From Clostridia bacterium (GTDB lineage: Bacteria; Bacillota; Clostridia; Oscillospirales; CAG-272): a stretch of DNA of 64,000 nt. Of this stretch, positions 9,341-18,348 are shown in pieces. A model generated the notes under the pieces. It had not been told where the DNA came from and did not search any database. It saw only the letters and a list, made by a program, of their open reading frames with translations. Both the position numbers and the translations under genes were made by a program. The stretch spans positions 14,093 to 78,092 of the forward strand of contig JAFVOQ010000034.1 of NCBI GenBank assembly GCA_017505785.1. Direction: 5' to 3'. Each line of letters begins with the position of its first letter. Positions within the stretch are counted from its first letter, which is position 1.

Positions 9341-10717
9341 ATGGCAAAAATGTGGGCGGGTAGAACCGCAGGAAAAACCGAGAAGCTGGCAGACGATTTC
9401 AATTCCTCCTTGCGTTTTGACCGCAAAATGTATAAGCAGGATATTACGGGCAGCATGGCGCACGCGGCAATGCTTGCCAAGCAGGGAATCATCGAGCAGC
9501 AGGAGGCGGATACGCTGATCAAAGGGCTTGCGGGTATTTTAAATGATATCGAAGAAGGCAAGCTTGCGTTTGACGAAAGCTGCGAGGATATTCATATGTT
9601 TGTGGAGCAGGAGCTGACCACCCGTCTTGGCGCGGTAGGCAAAAAGCTACATACTGCGCGCAGCAGAAACGATCAGGTGGCACTTGATCTTCGCATGTAT
9701 CTGCGCGATGAGATGAAGGAGATCATACAAAAAATTATCGCACTCATTGAGGTGCTTGCCGATAAGGCAGACAAATACGATAAGTGTATTCTCCCCGGTT
9801 ACACCCATTTGCAACGCGCACAGCCCATTGTTTTTTCACACCATTTGCTGGCATATGCCATGATGCTTTTGCGTGACAAATCCCGTTATGAGGACGCCCT
9901 TGCGCGTATGAATGTGTCGCCTATTGGCTCCTGCGCGCTTGCCGGCACCACCTATCCGATCGATCGCCGCTTTGAAGCCGAGCAGCTCGGCTTTGCCGAT
10001 ATTGCAAGAAACAGCATTGACGGCGTTTCTGACCGCGATTTTTGCCTTGATTTCATGAGCGCGTGCTCTGTTTTGATGATGCACCTTTCCCGCTTTTCTG
10101 AGGAGCTGATCCTGTGGTCAAGCTGGGAGTTCCGCTTTGTAGAGCTTTCCGATGCATACACCACAGGCTCTTCGATCATGCCGCAAAAGAAAAATTCCGA
10201 TATGGCAGAGCTGATAAGGGGCAAAACGGGCCGTGTTTACGGTGATCTTATGGCACTGCTTACAACCATGAAGGGCCTTCCGCTTGCATATAACAAGGAT
10301 ATGCAGGAGGATAAGGAGAGCGTGTTTGATGCCGCTGAAACGGTGCGTATGTGTCTTGACGTGATGACACCGATGATCGACACCATGACCGTGCGCGCCG
10401 ACCGCATGAGAAAGGCGGCAGAGGAGGGGTTCATCAATGCCACTGATCTTGCCGATTATCTGGTGAAAAAGGGCATGCCCTTCCGTGATGCGTACCGCGT
10501 TTCGGGCAGTATTGTGGCAGAATGTATCAAAACGGGGGCGGTTCTCGAAACCCTGCCGCTTGAGGTCTACCGCGGATACAGCGATCTTTTCACGGGCGAT
10601 CTTTATGATGCCATTGACCTTTCGGCGTGCGTGGCAAAGCGTACCTCGGAGGGTGGACCCTCGGTGAAATCCGTTAGGGATCAGATCGCTTATGTAAGGG
10701 AACAGCTCAAAAAATAA
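9341..10717 (+). CDS. argH: Argininosuccinate lyase
   Basis: Fumarate-lyase family signature GSSIMPQKKN. N-terminus MWAGR...FNSSLRFD is typical of ArgH. Confidence 0.95.
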   Translation: MAKMWAGRTAGKTEKLADDFNSSLRFDRKMYKQDITGSMAHAAMLAKQGIIEQQEADTLIKGLAGILNDIEEGKLAFDESCEDIHMFVEQELTTRLGAVGKKLHTARSRNDQVALDLRMYLRDEMKEIIQKIIALIEVLADKADKYDKCILPGYTHLQRAQPIVFSHHLLAYAMMLLRDKSRYEDALARMNVSPIGSCALAGTTYPIDRRFEAEQLGFADIARNSIDGVSDRDFCLDFMSACSVLMMHLSRFSEELILWSSWEFRFVELSDAYTTGSSIMPQKKNSDMAELIRGKTGRVYGDLMALLTTMKGLPLAYNKDMQEDKESVFDAAETVRMCLDVMTPMIDTMTVRADRMRKAAEEGFINATDLADYLVKKGMPFRDAYRVSGSIVAECIKTGAVLETLPLEVYRGYSDLFTGDLYDAIDLSACVAKRTSEGGPSVKSVRDQIAYVREQLKK

Positions 10718-10735
10718 CAAGGATTTTTTCTTGCA

Positions 10736-10772
10736 ATAGCGCAGTGTGTTGTGACATACTGCGCTATTTTTA
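10736..10772 (+). terminator. Rho-independent terminator after argH
   Basis: ATAGCGCAGT / ACTGCGCTAT 10-bp stem followed by TTTTTAT. Confidence 0.75.
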
Positions 10773-10815
10773 TGATGGCAGAACAGCAGGGTCCTGCGCG
10801 AGTCATAAAACAGAC

Positions 10816-10844
10816 TTGACCTTTCGGAGAATATCTGTTATAAT
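10816..10844 (+). promoter_or_regulatory. Sigma-A type promoter of the lipoprotein gene
   Basis: TTGACC, 17-nt spacer, TATAAT. Confidence 0.6.
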
Positions 10845-10906
10845 TATACTATATATTTATAGTTGTTTTACACAATGTAAAGCCATACTGAAGGAGGGAC
10901 CACTCT

Positions 10907-12535
10907 GTGCGGCGCTTGTCTTTTTTAATCTTGCTCATGCTTTGCCTTATGCTATTGATCTCATGTGGCGATGACCAAGACAAAAACTACATTACCTTTG
11001 GGGAAGCAGGTGTGCTATCTGCACAGATCGAAACTACTGAACAGGGGAGTATGCGTATACCCTCTCCCGCAGGCACAAATGCAGCCTTTTGTGTGGGATG
11101 GAAGGCCGAAGCCGAGGGTGAAACCGTGTTTTTGCCTGTCGGTGCAACCTACACCTACAAAGCGGGGGAGAGTAAAAGCTTTACACCCGTATATTTTCAT
11201 TTCACAACCGAAGCAGATGTATCTCTCATGCTTACCGAGGCGGCAAGCGGCATTTGCTTTGCCACCAAGGTGAATAAAGCGGAGTGGAATACGCTTGCTG
11301 CGCTTGCAACCGAGGTAACGCGCGGCGCGCTTGTTCTGCCTGTGGCACAGGCACAGGCTATTGGTGAAATTTCGCACGCAGCACTTTCTTCGCTTTCCCT
11401 TCCACCTCCGTTTGTTGATAGTATAACCGATGCATGGAGCCTTGAAGAGGAGGATCATTTTGTCTTTTCCGCGGCTCTGACCGACATTCCAAAAGAAAAC
11501 TACACTACAAGCTATACCGCTATTGGGTACATCAAGATCACTTACAGTGACGGCAGCGAGAGATATGCGTATGCCAATTACGGTGAAGGCGGTGCCCCTG
11601 CGGCCGCATTTTATTCCTTTTCTGAGGCGGTGCGTAAATATCTTGCCTTTACCATGGATGCGCCTCAGCTCGAGCTTGTTGAGCACAACGGCAGCATACG
11701 CTTTGTATCCTCTATCTCAAAGGATCAGTGGAATGCGCTGGTAAATACCAGTGTTGGTACGGTGACGCGCGGTACGTTGATCCTCTCGGCGAGTGAAGTG
11801 GCTGAAATTGGCGGTACACTCACACATGCGGCACTACAGAAGGCGGGTAAAACAGCTATAGATATCCCCCGTGCCACTTGGCTGACAAATACAGATACAT
11901 CACTTTTGTTTGAAGGCACGCTCACGGATATCCCTGAATTTTTGCGTTCTACCGCATACACGGCTGTCGGATATATCAAAATCACAAATGTTGACAATAG
12001 CGTGACCTATATTTATGCCGATCACGAAAACAATGTTACACCGTCTGCCTCGGTTATGTCGCTTGCAAATGCCGCACTGCTTGACCTTTCCGAAACGCAA
12101 GAGGGTGCGTACCAATACGCAGTAGGAGAAAAGTTTTCACCCTATAACGAGGAGGAGCAAGCAAAGCTCACAGCACTGTCAAAATATCCCGTTTTATTGG
12201 TGTTTGATAATTCGGTGAAGGGCAATCGCCGCCTGCATGACGATTATTTTGCCCTATATACCGAACGCATGATCCGTTTTGGCGATGATAGCAATGTAAG
12301 CAACAATTCCGCTTCTTCCGAGGAGGCTCGTGAAATCTACCAGGCTCTTTACGATACCATATACATTGGGGGAGGCGCATTGATCATTACCGCTAAGGAC
12401 GGCACACAGCTGAATGCCGAAAATATTGGTAAGATCCTTGTGGATTACGGGACAAACATAATAGAAATCAGCACTTATATTTTCTATAACGGCTCACTTG
12501 TGGTGCCGTATAAGGTTTATACACGCCCCTACTAA
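10907..12535 (+). CDS. Hypothetical secreted lipoprotein with an internal tandem duplication
   Basis: GTG start with a GAAGGAGGG RBS. Signal peptide ends in the lipobox LLISCG. Two ~125-aa modules (about aa 98-225 and 248-372) share landmarks. No family recognised. Confidence 0.6.
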   Translation: MRRLSFLILLMLCLMLLISCGDDQDKNYITFGEAGVLSAQIETTEQGSMRIPSPAGTNAAFCVGWKAEAEGETVFLPVGATYTYKAGESKSFTPVYFHFTTEADVSLMLTEAASGICFATKVNKAEWNTLAALATEVTRGALVLPVAQAQAIGEISHAALSSLSLPPPFVDSITDAWSLEEEDHFVFSAALTDIPKENYTTSYTAIGYIKITYSDGSERYAYANYGEGGAPAAAFYSFSEAVRKYLAFTMDAPQLELVEHNGSIRFVSSISKDQWNALVNTSVGTVTRGTLILSASEVAEIGGTLTHAALQKAGKTAIDIPRATWLTNTDTSLLFEGTLTDIPEFLRSTAYTAVGYIKITNVDNSVTYIYADHENNVTPSASVMSLANAALLDLSETQEGAYQYAVGEKFSPYNEEEQAKLTALSKYPVLLVFDNSVKGNRRLHDDYFALYTERMIRFGDDSNVSNNSASSEEAREIYQALYDTIYIGGGALIITAKDGTQLNAENIGKILVDYGTNIIEISTYIFYNGSLVVPYKVYTRPY

Positions 12536-12558
12536 GCCTTTTTGGCCATTAAAAGTAT

Positions 12559-12587
12559 ACCGCCAATGCGCGTGTCGCATTGGCGGT
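12559..12587 (+). terminator. Terminator hairpin after the lipoprotein gene
   Basis: ACCGCCAATGCG / CGCATTGGCGGT 12-bp stem. The T tract is weak. Confidence 0.5.
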
Positions 12588-12630
12588 ATTGCGTTATGCA
12601 CCCCCGGTTTGCAGTAAGGCAAAAAAGCTC

Positions 12631-12659
12631 TTGACTTGCTCTGCAAAAAGAGGTACAAT
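12631..12659 (+). promoter_or_regulatory. Sigma-A type promoter of azlCD
   Basis: TTGACT, 17-nt spacer, TACAAT. Confidence 0.6.
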
Positions 12660-12697
12660 AGACAACGGTTATTTCAGCTTTTCAGAAAGGCGATATC

Positions 12698-13456
12698 ATG
12701 ACAACTCGAAAAACATGGTTTTTGCGCGGTGTGCGTGACGGCATGCCTATTGCTATCGGCTATTTTGCCGTGGCTTTTGCGCTGGGCATTCAGGCGACAA
12801 CAGCGGGGCTTACCGCTTGGCAATCCGCCCTGCTCTCCTTTTTAAACGTTACTTCGGCGGGTGAAGCTGCGGGTGTTGCGTTGCTTGGGGTAGGCACGAC
12901 CTATGTAGAGCTTGCATTTACGCAGCTGGTGATCAATATTCGCTATTTGCTGATGTCCTGCTCACTCTCGCAAAAGCTTGCGCCCGAAACGGGCTTTTTG
13001 CACCGTATGCTGGTGGGCTACGGCGTCACGGATGAGATCTTTGGTATTTCAGCGGCAGTGGAGGATAAGCTCTCTCCCTATTACAGCTATGGCGCGATTG
13101 CGGTAGCTGTGCCGGGTTGGACGCTCGGTACACTGCTTGGTGCTGTTATGGGCAATATTTTACCTGCGCGAGCCGTGGGTGCGCTTGGTGTGGCACTTTA
13201 CGCGATGTTTCTTGCCATTATCTTACCGCCCGCAAGAAAAAGCCGCATCATTGCCGGGCTTGTGGCAGCTTCTATGGCGGCAAGCGCACTGCTTACCTAT
13301 CTTTGCACAAAGCTCTCGCTTGCATGGTTCACCGAGGGATTTCGCATCATCACGCTTACAGTTCTCATCTCAGCCGCCGCGGCAATTCTTTTTCCCGTAA
13401 AGGATGAAGGCGAAGGGACTTGTGCTGTGGGAGAGGAGGCAGATCATGGTCAATAA
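12698..13456 (+). CDS. azlC: AzlC family branched-chain amino acid exporter subunit
   Basis: Polytopic membrane protein with the AzlC-like N-terminus LRGVRDGMPIAIGYFAVAFALGI. Paired with a small AzlD-like gene. Confidence 0.85.
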   Translation: MTTRKTWFLRGVRDGMPIAIGYFAVAFALGIQATTAGLTAWQSALLSFLNVTSAGEAAGVALLGVGTTYVELAFTQLVINIRYLLMSCSLSQKLAPETGFLHRMLVGYGVTDEIFGISAAVEDKLSPYYSYGAIAVAVPGWTLGTLLGAVMGNILPARAVGALGVALYAMFLAIILPPARKSRIIAGLVAASMAASALLTYLCTKLSLAWFTEGFRIITLTVLISAAAAILFPVKDEGEGTCAVGEEADHGQ

Positions 13457-13754
13457 TATTGTGCTTGCTATTTTACTTATGGCGGGCGTTACGTATCTGA
13501 TTCGCGTGCTGCCGTTGGTGCTGATCCGCCGTGAGATCAAAAACCGAACGGTGCGCTCTTTTCTTCATTACGTACCCTATGTTACGCTGTCTGTGATGAC
13601 CTTCCCGGCAATTCTTTGGGCAACAAATGTCATCTGGTCGGCGATCGCCGCCCTTGCCGTTGCCGTTGTGCTTTCCCTTAGGGGATGTAAGCTCCCCGTG
13701 GTTGCGGCCTGCGCGTGCGTAGCAGTGTTCCTCGTGGAACTGATACCGTTTTAA
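13446..13754 (+). CDS. azlD: AzlD family branched-chain amino acid exporter subunit
   Basis: Start re-picked at M15 of ORF 13404..13754 (MVNNIVLAILLMAGVTYLIRVLP). About 100 aa with 3-4 TM helices. Overlaps the azlC stop by 11 nt. Confidence 0.75.
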   Translation: MVNNIVLAILLMAGVTYLIRVLPLVLIRREIKNRTVRSFLHYVPYVTLSVMTFPAILWATNVIWSAIAALAVAVVLSLRGCKLPVVAACACVAVFLVELIPF

Positions 13755-13769
13755 GCCTAAAACGCCATT

Positions 13770-13815
13770 CCCCCACCTCACCAAAGGTTTTGGTGAGGTG
13801 GGGGTAAATTTTTTG
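13770..13815 (+). terminator. Rho-independent terminator after azlD
   Basis: CCCCCACCTCACCAAA / TTTGGTGAGGTGGGGG stem followed by a T run. Confidence 0.8.
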
Positions 13816-13824
13816 CCCGAAGGG

Positions 13825-13863
13825 AAAAAAGAGGCTGTCGCAAATTTGCAATTTGCGACAGCC
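13825..13863 (-). terminator. Rho-independent terminator after the ABC exporter operon
   Basis: GGCTGTCGCAAAT / ATTTGCGACAGCC stem with a T run on the minus strand (A run on plus at 13825-13830). Confidence 0.75.
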
Positions 13864-13882
13864 CCCTCCCTTGGCACTTTTC

Positions 13883-15826
13883 TTATTCCAATTCAAATGC
13901 GCCGGTGTAGAGCTGATAGTATACACCGCGCTCGGCAATGAGCTTATCGTGATTGCCACGCTCAATGATGCGGCCGTGGTCAAGCACCATAATCACGTCG
14001 GAATTCATAACGGTGGAAAGGCGGTGCGCGATCACAAATACCGTTCTGCCCTCCATAAGCTTATCCATACCGCGCTGTACGATTGCCTCGGTGCGGGTAT
14101 CGATCGAGGAGGTTGCCTCGTCCATGATCATGACGGGCGGATCGGCAACTGCGGCACGCGCAATGGCGATCATCTGGCGCTGACCCTGCGAGAGGTTGGC
14201 ACCGTTGCCAGAAAGCTCGGTATCATACCCTTGCGGCAAGCGAGAAATGAAATCGTCTGCACCGACAAGCAGGGCGGCGGCACGACATTCCTCGTCGGTG
14301 GCGTCGAGGCGACCGTAACGGATATTATCCATAACCGAGCCCGTAAAGAGGTTGGTATCCTGCAAAACGATCCCGAGAGACCGACGCAGATCGGATTTCT
14401 TGATCTTGTTGATATTGATGCCGTCATAACGGATCTTGCCGTCGGCGATGTCGTAAAAGCGGTTGATCAGATTGGTGATCGTGGTCTTACCGGCACCGGT
14501 AGCACCCACGAAGGCAACCTTTTGACCGGGTTCGGCATACACGCTGACATCACGCAAAACGGGCTTGCCCTCCTCATAGGCAAAATCCACCTCCGTCAGG
14601 CGCACGTCGCCGCAAAGGCGCGTGTAGGTTACAGTCCCGTCTGCCTGGTGCGGGTGGCGCCATGCCCAAAGGCCGGTACGCTCGGTGGTTTCGGTAATGT
14701 TTCCTTCGGAATCGACCTTGGCGTTTACTAAGGTCACATACCCTTCATCAGCTTCGGGTGCTTCATCCATCATTTCAAACAGACGTGCACCGCCCGCCAT
14801 ACCCATGACCACATGGTTAATCTGCTGTGAGGCTTGGTTGACGTTGCCCGTAAACTGCTTTGCCATATTGAGGAACGGCACGATGATACTAATGCTAAAG
14901 GCAGCAAAACCGCCGCTGCGGTGAAGAAGCATGGAAAGTCCAACGTTCGGGACACGCGCAAGCAGGAATACACCACCCACTACTGCCATAATGACATAAA
15001 GAATATTGCCGATGTTGCCGATGATAGGGCCTAAGGTGTTGGCGTATGCATGGGCACGTGCGCTATCCTCAAAGAGCGCCTCGTTGATCTCTTCAAAATC
15101 GCGCATCGCCGCTTTCTCATGACAGAAAACCTTTACGACCTTTTGACCGTTCATCATTTCCTGCACGTAGCCCTCGGTCTTACCCATGGCGCGCTGCTGA
15201 CGAATGAAGTATTTGGCAGAGCCGCCACCGATCTTTTTGGATACCGTGATCATGGCAAATACGCCGACAAGGAGCACCAGTGTCATCCAAAGGCTGAAAT
15301 ACAGCATAACGAAAAGCACGGATACGAGAATAACAACGGAGTTCAAAAGCGACGGTATTGCCTGGGAGATCAGCTCGCGCAGCGCATCGATATCGTTGGT
15401 ATAACGGCTCATGATATCGCCGTGCTTGTGGGTATCAAAATATCGAATGGGTAGGTTTTGCATTTTATCAAACATCGTGCGGCGGAGCTTGCAAAGGAAG
15501 CCTTGCGTGATGATTGCCATAAGCTGTGTTTGCAAAATAATGGCGATCCAAGAAACCGCGTAAAAGCAAGCGAGCAGTATGACCTTTGGCACGATATCGC
15601 CCGAAGCCTCGCTCCATGTGGCACCCGAAAGCTGTGCCTGCTCAATGGCAGCAATGACCTTCTGCATAAAGACGGCAGGGAGTGCAGCGGTGACAGCAGA
15701 GATCAAGATGCAAACAACAATGACAGGGGCAAGGACGGGATAATAGCCAAAGAGCATTTTCAGCACGCGTGCAAGCACACGGGAGCTTGCCTTTGGGGGC
15801 TTCATCATGAATTTCTTTTTACTCAT
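13883..15826 (-). CDS. ABC transporter permease/ATPase fusion, second half of a heterodimeric type I exporter
   Basis: N-terminal 6-TM domain. Walker A GATGAGKTT, signature LSQGQRQ, Walker B MIMDEATS. ATG at 15826 overlaps the upstream stop by 8 nt (ATGAGTAA). Confidence 0.9.
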   Translation of the reverse strand: MSKKKFMMKPPKASSRVLARVLKMLFGYYPVLAPVIVVCILISAVTAALPAVFMQKVIAAIEQAQLSGATWSEASGDIVPKVILLACFYAVSWIAIILQTQLMAIITQGFLCKLRRTMFDKMQNLPIRYFDTHKHGDIMSRYTNDIDALRELISQAIPSLLNSVVILVSVLFVMLYFSLWMTLVLLVGVFAMITVSKKIGGGSAKYFIRQQRAMGKTEGYVQEMMNGQKVVKVFCHEKAAMRDFEEINEALFEDSARAHAYANTLGPIIGNIGNILYVIMAVVGGVFLLARVPNVGLSMLLHRSGGFAAFSISIIVPFLNMAKQFTGNVNQASQQINHVVMGMAGGARLFEMMDEAPEADEGYVTLVNAKVDSEGNITETTERTGLWAWRHPHQADGTVTYTRLCGDVRLTEVDFAYEEGKPVLRDVSVYAEPGQKVAFVGATGAGKTTITNLINRFYDIADGKIRYDGININKIKKSDLRRSLGIVLQDTNLFTGSVMDNIRYGRLDATDEECRAAALLVGADDFISRLPQGYDTELSGNGANLSQGQRQMIAIARAAVADPPVMIMDEATSSIDTRTEAIVQRGMDKLMEGRTVFVIAHRLSTVMNSDVIMVLDHGRIIERGNHDKLIAERGVYYQLYTGAFELE

Positions 15827-17558
15827 TTTCTTTGCCCCCTCTCGTTTGTTGCTCATATATCTCGCGGTAAATATCACAAGAGGTCAGTAATTCCTCATGC
15901 TTGCCTGCGGCACAGATCTTGCCGTTTTCCATGACAAGGATAAGGTCGGCATCTTCTACCGATGCCACACGCTGTGCAATGATGATCTTTGTAGTTTCGG
16001 GAATAAAGGAACGGAAGCCCTCACGAATGAGTGCATCGGTTTTGGTATCCACCGCGCTGGTGGAGTCGTCAAGAATCAGGATCTTCGGCTTTTTGAGCAG
16101 TGCACGCGCAATGCAAAGGCGCTGCTTTTGACCGCCCGAAACGTTCGTGCCACCCTGCTCGATGTAGGTGTCATACCCGTCGGGGAAGGAGGAAACGAAA
16201 TCATGTGCTTGCGCCAGGCGGCAAGCCTCGATCAGCTCCTCATCGGTCGCGTTTGGATTGCCCCAACGCAAATTTTCCTTGATCGTGCCCGAAAACAGGA
16301 GATTCTTTTGAAGCACCATTGCCACAGCATCACGCAGCGTCTTGATATCGTATTGGCGCACGTCAATGCCGCCAACCAGCACGCTGCCCTCGGTGGTATC
16401 GTAAAGACGGGGTATAAGCTGCACAAAGGTTGTTTTACCGGATCCTGTGCCGCCGATCACGCCAACTGTCATGCCTGAGCGCACGTGCAGATCGATATCA
16501 GAGAGCGCATAGCGCTTTGCCTTGGCGGAATATTTAAAGTTAACGCCCTTAAAATCAATCGAGCCGTCCTGCACTGTCATTACGGCATTTTCGGGATTTA
16601 CAAGCGTTGGCTCCTCGCCAAGTACCTCGTAGATACGCTTCATCGACTCGGCGGACATGGTGATAATGACGTAGATCATAGAAAGCATCATCAGCGACAT
16701 CAAAACCTGCATGCCGTATGTAAGCATGGCGGAGAGCTGACCCACATCAACACCCGAGATGCCCTCAATGGCCATACGAGAGCCCACGAGCAATACAAAG
16801 ATCATGTTAAAGTAAAGGCAGATCTGCATAATGGGGCGGTTCCACGCCACGATACGCTCGGCCTTTACAAAGTCGCCGCGAATATCCTCGGCGGCAACGC
16901 CAAACTTACCTTTTTCATAGTCCTCGCGCGAAAAGCCCTTTACCACACGCATGGCGCGCACGTTTTCCTCGATCGACTCATTGAGGCGGTCGTACTTGCG
17001 GAACACGCGGCGAAACGCGGGCATTGCCTTTTTGCCTACCATCATAAGGCCAAAGGCAAGCACGGGGATGATCACGACAAAGGTCATAGCAAGCATGCCA
17101 CCCATTACAAAGGACATGATGACCGAGAAAATGAGCATCAAGGGCGCGCGAATGGCGGTGCGGATCAGCATCATGTAGGACATTTGTACGTTTTGCACAT
17201 CGGTGGTCATACGTGTTACGAGTGATGAGGTGGAGAATTTATCGATATTTTCAAAGGAAAAATCGCCTATCTTTTCGTAAAGGTCATGACGCACGTTTTT
17301 ACCGAAGCCCGCCGCTGCACGTGCACAGCAAAAGCCGGCAATACCGCCGCAGGCAAGCGACAGGCAGGCCATGACAGCCAGTACCGCACCGACCTTGATC
17401 ACCTCCGGGAGCGCGGCACCCGCCTTGATCTGATTGACAAGGTTTGCTGTGATAAACGGAATAAGCGTTTCGATGACCGACTCGCCCACAATAAAAATGA
17501 GTGTTAAGACCGTCGGCTTTTTAAATTCACGCACACAGCGCAACAATCTTTTTAGCAT
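15819..17558 (-). CDS. ABC transporter permease/ATPase fusion, first half of a heterodimeric type I exporter
   Basis: Start at M8 of the tracked ORF with an AAAGGAGGAAG RBS. Walker A GGTGSGKTT, signature VSGGQKQ, Walker B LILDDSTS. Confidence 0.9.
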   Translation of the reverse strand: MLKRLLRCVREFKKPTVLTLIFIVGESVIETLIPFITANLVNQIKAGAALPEVIKVGAVLAVMACLSLACGGIAGFCCARAAAGFGKNVRHDLYEKIGDFSFENIDKFSTSSLVTRMTTDVQNVQMSYMMLIRTAIRAPLMLIFSVIMSFVMGGMLAMTFVVIIPVLAFGLMMVGKKAMPAFRRVFRKYDRLNESIEENVRAMRVVKGFSREDYEKGKFGVAAEDIRGDFVKAERIVAWNRPIMQICLYFNMIFVLLVGSRMAIEGISGVDVGQLSAMLTYGMQVLMSLMMLSMIYVIITMSAESMKRIYEVLGEEPTLVNPENAVMTVQDGSIDFKGVNFKYSAKAKRYALSDIDLHVRSGMTVGVIGGTGSGKTTFVQLIPRLYDTTEGSVLVGGIDVRQYDIKTLRDAVAMVLQKNLLFSGTIKENLRWGNPNATDEELIEACRLAQAHDFVSSFPDGYDTYIEQGGTNVSGGQKQRLCIARALLKKPKILILDDSTSAVDTKTDALIREGFRSFIPETTKIIIAQRVASVEDADLILVMENGKICAAGKHEELLTSCDIYREIYEQQTRGGKENE

Positions 17559-17590
17559 ACTTCCTCCTTTCGGGAACATCCCGACACATC

Positions 17591-17616
17591 AAATTAGTTT
17601 AATTATAAACTAATTT
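17591..17616. promoter_or_regulatory. 11-4-11 inverted repeat (candidate operator) in the ABC operon 5' UTR
   Basis: AAATTAGTTTA-ATTA-TAAACTAATTT with perfect 11-nt arms, located between the predicted -10 element and the RBS. Confidence 0.5.
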
Positions 17617-17631
17617 TTCTTCGACCTTATT

Positions 17632-17660
17632 ATTGTACCATTGTGCATCAAAAATGTCAA
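17632..17660 (-). promoter_or_regulatory. Sigma-A type promoter of the ABC exporter operon
   Basis: On the minus strand: TTGACA (17660-17655), 17-nt spacer, TACAAT (17637-17632). Confidence 0.6.
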
Positions 17661-17693
17661 GGTATATATACTAAAATAATTATAATCATATTT

Positions 17694-17735
17694 ATAAAAA
17701 AAGAGGGCGAAGAAACCGAAATTTCTCCGTCCTCT
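17694..17735 (-). terminator. Terminator after the small lipoprotein gene
   Basis: GAGGACGG...CGCCCTC imperfect stem followed by a T run on the minus strand. Confidence 0.6.
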
Positions 17736-17785
17736 TTTTGTGTGATTGGGGCAAAAGCCCCCGTAGACAAACGTTTTACAAAAGA

Positions 17786-18142
17786 TTATTTTTCAATCTT
17801 TTTGTAGGTGAAAGGACCGATCTTGATAGAGCCGTCTTCGTTCTCAGCAAAAGACTGGGTATCGGTAGTTTCTTTGCCTTCCGCATCAACCCAAGTAAAG
17901 ATGATCTCGTCGCCGTCAACCTTGTATTTGCCCTCACGAGTAAGGCTATCGATTTTCTCACCGCCTGCGTAAGAGCTGAAGGTTACCTTGTTACCGCTGA
18001 ACGAGTACATCGTATAGATCTTGGTGATGTCCTTGTCACCGGCATAGTAGTCGCCGGAAGCTACACCGCCGCAGGATGCAAGCGTTGCGCAAAGCATAAC
18101 AGCAACAAGGGTGAGCGCAAGAATGCGTACAAACTTTTTCAT
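17786..18142 (-). CDS. Small lipoprotein (paralog A)
   Basis: Start at M6 of the tracked ORF. Signal peptide MKKFVRILALTLVAVMLCATLASCG carries a lipobox. Paralogous to 19801..20229. Confidence 0.6.
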   Translation of the reverse strand: MKKFVRILALTLVAVMLCATLASCGGVASGDYYAGDKDITKIYTMYSFSGNKVTFSSYAGGEKIDSLTREGKYKVDGDEIIFTWVDAEGKETTDTQSFAENEDGSIKIGPFTYKKIEK

Positions 18143-18348
18143 TTTGAGTTCCTCCATGGAATTGTGATGATTTGCAAGGCAGAAGCACCCTGCATGGCAA
18201 TATTATAGCATATGAATTTTTAAAAAACAAGTGAATTTTTATATTTTTTAGTAACTTGTGGAAATCTCTTAGGATGATCTATAAATTTCGGTATATCGTT
18301 GCTTTTTGCGCCAAATCATGTTACAATAAAACAAAGGGGGGTGTTCCC

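Noticed and set aside
13117-13407. Overlapping alternative-frame ORFs inside azlC (13117..13407, 13137..13400). Similar small nested ORFs occur throughout the track.
   Set aside because: They are embedded in a well-supported membrane-protein gene, have no RBS, and have compositionally biased translations.
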